From assembly GCA_964649415.1 (NCBI GenBank), contig CAZYSK010000067.1, positions 191 to 32,342 of the forward strand: a stretch of DNA of 32,152 nt, given 5' to 3'. Under the pieces are notes generated by a model, which saw only the letters and a list, made by a program, of their open reading frames with translations, was not told the origin of the DNA and made no database searches. Source of the stretch: an uncultured Anaerolineales bacterium. GTDB taxonomy: Bacteria; Chloroflexota; Anaerolineae; B4-G1. The number at the start of each line of letters is the position of its first letter. Position 1 is the first letter of the stretch. Positions 29,715-32,152 of the stretch are shown piece by piece. Made by a program: the position numbers and the translations under genes.

Positions 29715-31714
29715 CTCCCCCCTACCCTCCTTTGCAGCCGCCGCATGATGCTGTCCACGTCGCCTGGAAGGAAATCGCGCAGCGCCGATCGTTGAAGCAG
29801 GCTCTCCAGCGCCTCAACGAAGTATTGTAGGATAGCATCCGTATGGACAGGGGGGGCCTCGTCCCGTATCCGCTCAATGCGTTTAGCGATATCCAGTATG
29901 ATTTCCACCTGGGCCTGTGCCCGCGCTTGTTCTACCCGACTTATTCGCACAGACTGTCCTTCTGCCCTCTGTATCGCGATTCTGCGTGCCCAATTGGCCC
30001 GCCAGGCCTCGATGCGTTTCTCGATCACGTCGTCGTCCATCGGCACCAGGTCGCTGATCCCCCCGCCCACGCGCTTGATGCCGAACTTGGGCAGTTCGGT
30101 GTCCAGTCTTTGCCGCAGTTCATCGGCGATCCGAGCACGCGGGTGTTTCCTCAAGTCTTCATATAGCTCAAAGGGCGCGTAGAGTTCGTCGAACTCGTAG
30201 TGAGAGATGATGTCGCGCACGATAGGCTCACCAACCAACTGGGGCAAGTCGTACCACTCGCACTTCGTGTTGTCTTCAGGGGTCTGGGCCAGGCACACCT
30301 GCATTGTTTCCGCAGTCACCGCCTTGTAGACATCGCTAGCACGATAGGGAAAGCCCTCGCCAAGCTGAGGCCTAGCATCGCCCGTGCTCATCTGGAATGG
30401 GACGAAAGTGACAACCCGGATGCCGATGCCGTCCTTGGTCCACGCATCAACGTGAAAGGCGCGTAACTGAACTCGCAGATCGATCACGTGCGTGGGCGTC
30501 TCGTACGCGTTCGTGAAGACAAGACCAGGCCCTCTGGCCCCTCTGATATCGGTGCTGGTGCATACGACGACGAGGTGATCGCAGCCGGTGAGGACGATAC
30601 CCGGCCCGGCCAGGAACTCCGCAAAGACGTCTCCCTCCAACCGCTGTATCAGCCGCTCCCTCGCTTCCAACCACGTTCGTGTTCCTTCAGTGCGTTCGGT
30701 GATTCGTTCGTCTACGACAACGTGGTATGGGTAGTTTGTGCCCAACGCATACGTCACAAGGCAACGGAGAGCTGTGCGATGCTGTTCGTACCACTCTCTT
30801 CGCGCTTCCCTGTTCCGTGAGCGGCGCAACAGATCAACGAAGTCAAAAATCTCATCGCAAAAGGTAGGGATGGTGCCCGCATCCCGTGGGCTACGGCTAC
30901 CTCGATACAGATCAAGCGGCGGTAAAGGCAGGAGTGAGGCAGACCTGAAGAAGAGCGTCCCCACAGGCATGAGAAGCGCTGGCAGCGTGATAAACAGCAG
31001 CCCAGACCAACCACACCGCCAGCCAATACAGACCGTGTCCCAGTAGTAGACCCACACGGCAGAAAGCATCCACCGACGGAATCTGTCATGGTTGGGTTCC
31101 AGACGGAGAGAAGGGCGAACCTGCTCAGGCGAGAAGACTACAGCGAGCAAGAAGAGGATCAATGAGCCTTCGCCGTCGAGCGCCAATGCCAGCACCAGGG
31201 CGACGAAGGCACCAAACGATGCCGGAATGAGCAAACGTCTTTCTCGCCACTTCCACGTAACCGTCTCTTTCCATCGCCATACAAGTCCCTGGGAGACCTC
31301 TACCTTGTCCCTTCTCGCGCTTTGCCTTACACAGGAAAGCCAGAAGCGGATAGGAAACAGGAGATAGGCAAGAACCAAAGCCAGCACGAGAAGGAACGCC
31401 AGGAATGCCAAGATCGCCAGTTGCGCATCGAAAGGCAGGCCGGAGGTACTCAAGAAGAGGTCGTGCAACCTTCCATGGAACCTGAAGAGGATACCAGATG
31501 CCAGCAGGAAGTACAAGAGTATGCACTTCAGGCCTGTTCGTATCCACTGAGCAGTCTGGGCTGATGCGCTTTTCCCCGAGAACCCGGCCAGCCGGAGAAA
31601 CGCACAAAGTGCCATAGCGCCCGCGCCGGCAAATGCAGCAGGCACCAACAGCAGAGCGAAGTTGCCCCAAGCATCCAGAAGGGTCTCGTCCAGAACCGCC
31701 ACGATCTCAGCCAC
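29711..31714 (-). CDS. SPFH/band-7 domain membrane protein, 667 aa, with a large polytopic N-terminal membrane region; a paralog of the downstream gene (GTG start)
   Basis: The N-terminal ~250 aa contain multiple hydrophobic helices. The SPFH core reads GPGIVLTGCDHLVVVCTSTD...VIDLRVQLRAFHVDAWTKDGIGIRVVTFVPFQ. The coiled-coil tail IEAWRANWARRIAIQRAEGQSVRISRVEQARAQAQVEIIL parallels the paralog's AQWVEAWQADWRRRAVEDQAEGEAEIARLDAARVQAQAEMVL. A GAGGTG RBS is present. Confidence 0.7.
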   Translation of the reverse strand: MAEIVAVLDETLLDAWGNFALLLVPAAFAGAGAMALCAFLRLAGFSGKSASAQTAQWIRTGLKCILLYFLLASGILFRFHGRLHDLFLSTSGLPFDAQLAILAFLAFLLVLALVLAYLLFPIRFWLSCVRQSARRDKVEVSQGLVWRWKETVTWKWRERRLLIPASFGAFVALVLALALDGEGSLILFLLAVVFSPEQVRPSLRLEPNHDRFRRWMLSAVWVYYWDTVCIGWRCGWSGLLFITLPALLMPVGTLFFRSASLLPLPPLDLYRGSRSPRDAGTIPTFCDEIFDFVDLLRRSRNREARREWYEQHRTALRCLVTYALGTNYPYHVVVDERITERTEGTRTWLEARERLIQRLEGDVFAEFLAGPGIVLTGCDHLVVVCTSTDIRGARGPGLVFTNAYETPTHVIDLRVQLRAFHVDAWTKDGIGIRVVTFVPFQMSTGDARPQLGEGFPYRASDVYKAVTAETMQVCLAQTPEDNTKCEWYDLPQLVGEPIVRDIISHYEFDELYAPFELYEDLRKHPRARIADELRQRLDTELPKFGIKRVGGGISDLVPMDDDVIEKRIEAWRANWARRIAIQRAEGQSVRISRVEQARAQAQVEIILDIAKRIERIRDEAPPVHTDAILQYFVEALESLLQRSALRDFLPGDVDSIMRRLQRRVGGR

Positions 31715-31810
31715 AGGCTAGACACCTCGTGTCAGGTTCATCAAGCCGCGAGAACACGTGGGGCCGGGCGCGTCTCACGACTTCTCGTTGTTCAGCATCT
31801 ATCGAAATGG

Positions 31811-32017
31811 CTAGGTTGAGGCTGCGATGAACAAACAAGCGGGACGGAATCGGGCCAGGCTGACGCCAGTGCAGAGCAGGAACTCGCAGGCCCAACTGAC
31901 AATACGCACACTTGCCACTGTGTTGAGGAGCGAAGTACGGGGGCATGACGGAGCGGGCACAAGCCAGGCTCTTTGAAAGCAACTCACAAAGCGCCGCCGG
32001 ATCTGCAGTGAATCCAT
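31811..32017 (-). pseudogene. Remnant of the 5' end of an AlaRS-like gene (68-codon ORF MDSLQIRRRFVSCFQRAW...), homologous to the N-terminus and 5'UTR of the gene at 26827
   Basis: MDSLQIRRRFVS is compared with MNASAIRRRFVG. Nucleotide homology of about 80% extends from the promoter through ~35 codons and then decays. An AGAGGG RBS is retained. The ORF reaches a stop 95 nt upstream of the SPFH GTG. Confidence 0.4.
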
Positions 32018-32120
32018 ACTGCCCTCTATCACGATCACGTGCAGAACAAAGACTGCACCATTATACCACACTCGCGCGGGTTGTGCAACAGATTCAGTGC
32101 GACCGTCACACATTGGGGAC
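31935..32120. repeat. Direct repeat of ~190 bp: second copy of the promoter, 5'UTR and first codons of the AlaRS-like gene (first copy at 26745..26925), flanking the SPFH-SPFH-TPR/S24 cassette
   Basis: The two regions align at about 80% identity, with ACAAAGCGCCG(A/C)CGGAT..GCAG..TCCATACTG..CACGCGGAACAGA / CACGTGCAGAACAAAGA..TATACCACAC..CGGGTTGTGCAACA.ATTCAGTG conserved. Confidence 0.7.
32052..32090 (-). promoter_or_regulatory. Predicted sigma70-like promoter (copy 2): -35 TTGCAC, 17-bp spacer, extended -10 TGgTATAAT. It may drive the remnant ORF plus the SPFH operon.
   Basis: The minus-strand sequence is TTGCACAACCCGCGCGAGTGTGGTATAAT, with the same 17-bp spacing and position as copy 1 at 26870..26898. 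Confidence 0.5.
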
Positions 32121-32152
32121 AAGCTCCTGAAAAGCCAGGCTGGGCCACTGGA

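Noticed and set aside
31811-32122. 103-aa ORF as an intact gene
   Set aside because: The first 35 codons overlap the conserved promoter. Only the part from MDSLQ at 32017 is homologous to the AlaRS-like N-terminus, and it then diverges, so I treat it as a remnant fragment.

Overview
This is a high-GC (~62%) bacterial chromosomal window. My guess at the lineage is Chloroflexota-like, at low confidence, based only on GC content, the abundance of REC and GAF domains, and a CARDB domain. The window is dense in two-component signalling genes and small dispersed repeats.

Coding content, left to right:
- 114..4447: a signalling cluster of three genes: a tandem-REC response regulator, a threonine-synthase-like PLP enzyme fused to a C-terminal REC domain, and a hybrid REC-histidine kinase.
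- 4514..10746: a DMT/EamA transporter, a repeat-built hypothetical ORF, a secreted clan GH-A glycoside-hydrolase-like protein with a CARDB domain, and an Eis-like GNAT acetyltransferase.
- 10812..15448: housekeeping DNA repair genes, a PcrA/UvrD-family helicase, a YjbQ-family protein and UvrC.
- 25281 down to 16555, minus strand: one apparent operon. It encodes a 1593-aa soluble multi-GAF histidine kinase, a pseudo-receiver, a stand-alone REC, a REC-AlbA_2 (Schlafen-like) protein, a REC-CHAT (caspase-like) protein and a CdsA/phytol-kinase-family membrane protein.
- 31714 down to 25487, minus strand: a second candidate system. It encodes two tandem SPFH/band-7 membrane paralogs, a protein with a TPR-like N-terminal domain and a catalytically degenerate LexA/S24-like C-terminal domain, and a truncated, divergent AlaRS catalytic-core paralog. 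The cassette is flanked by ~190-bp direct repeats that each carry a near-consensus sigma70-like promoter, a 5'UTR and the first ~35 codons of the AlaRS-like gene. The distal repeat copy is a remnant gene fragment.

Two families of small GC-rich hairpin repeats are scattered through the window. Family 1 (CCAT-N4-6-ATGG core) forms intergenic tandem arrays with 30-37-bp periods. Family 2 has a CCGACCGTCTGC..GTCCGCGGTC..GGCTGCGTCCG core. Both families are also inserted in-frame inside coding sequences. One family-2 insertion is a 183-bp in-frame element with an 18-bp flanking duplication inside the ATP-binding domain of the hybrid histidine kinase.

I saw no rRNA, tRNA or CRISPR array.
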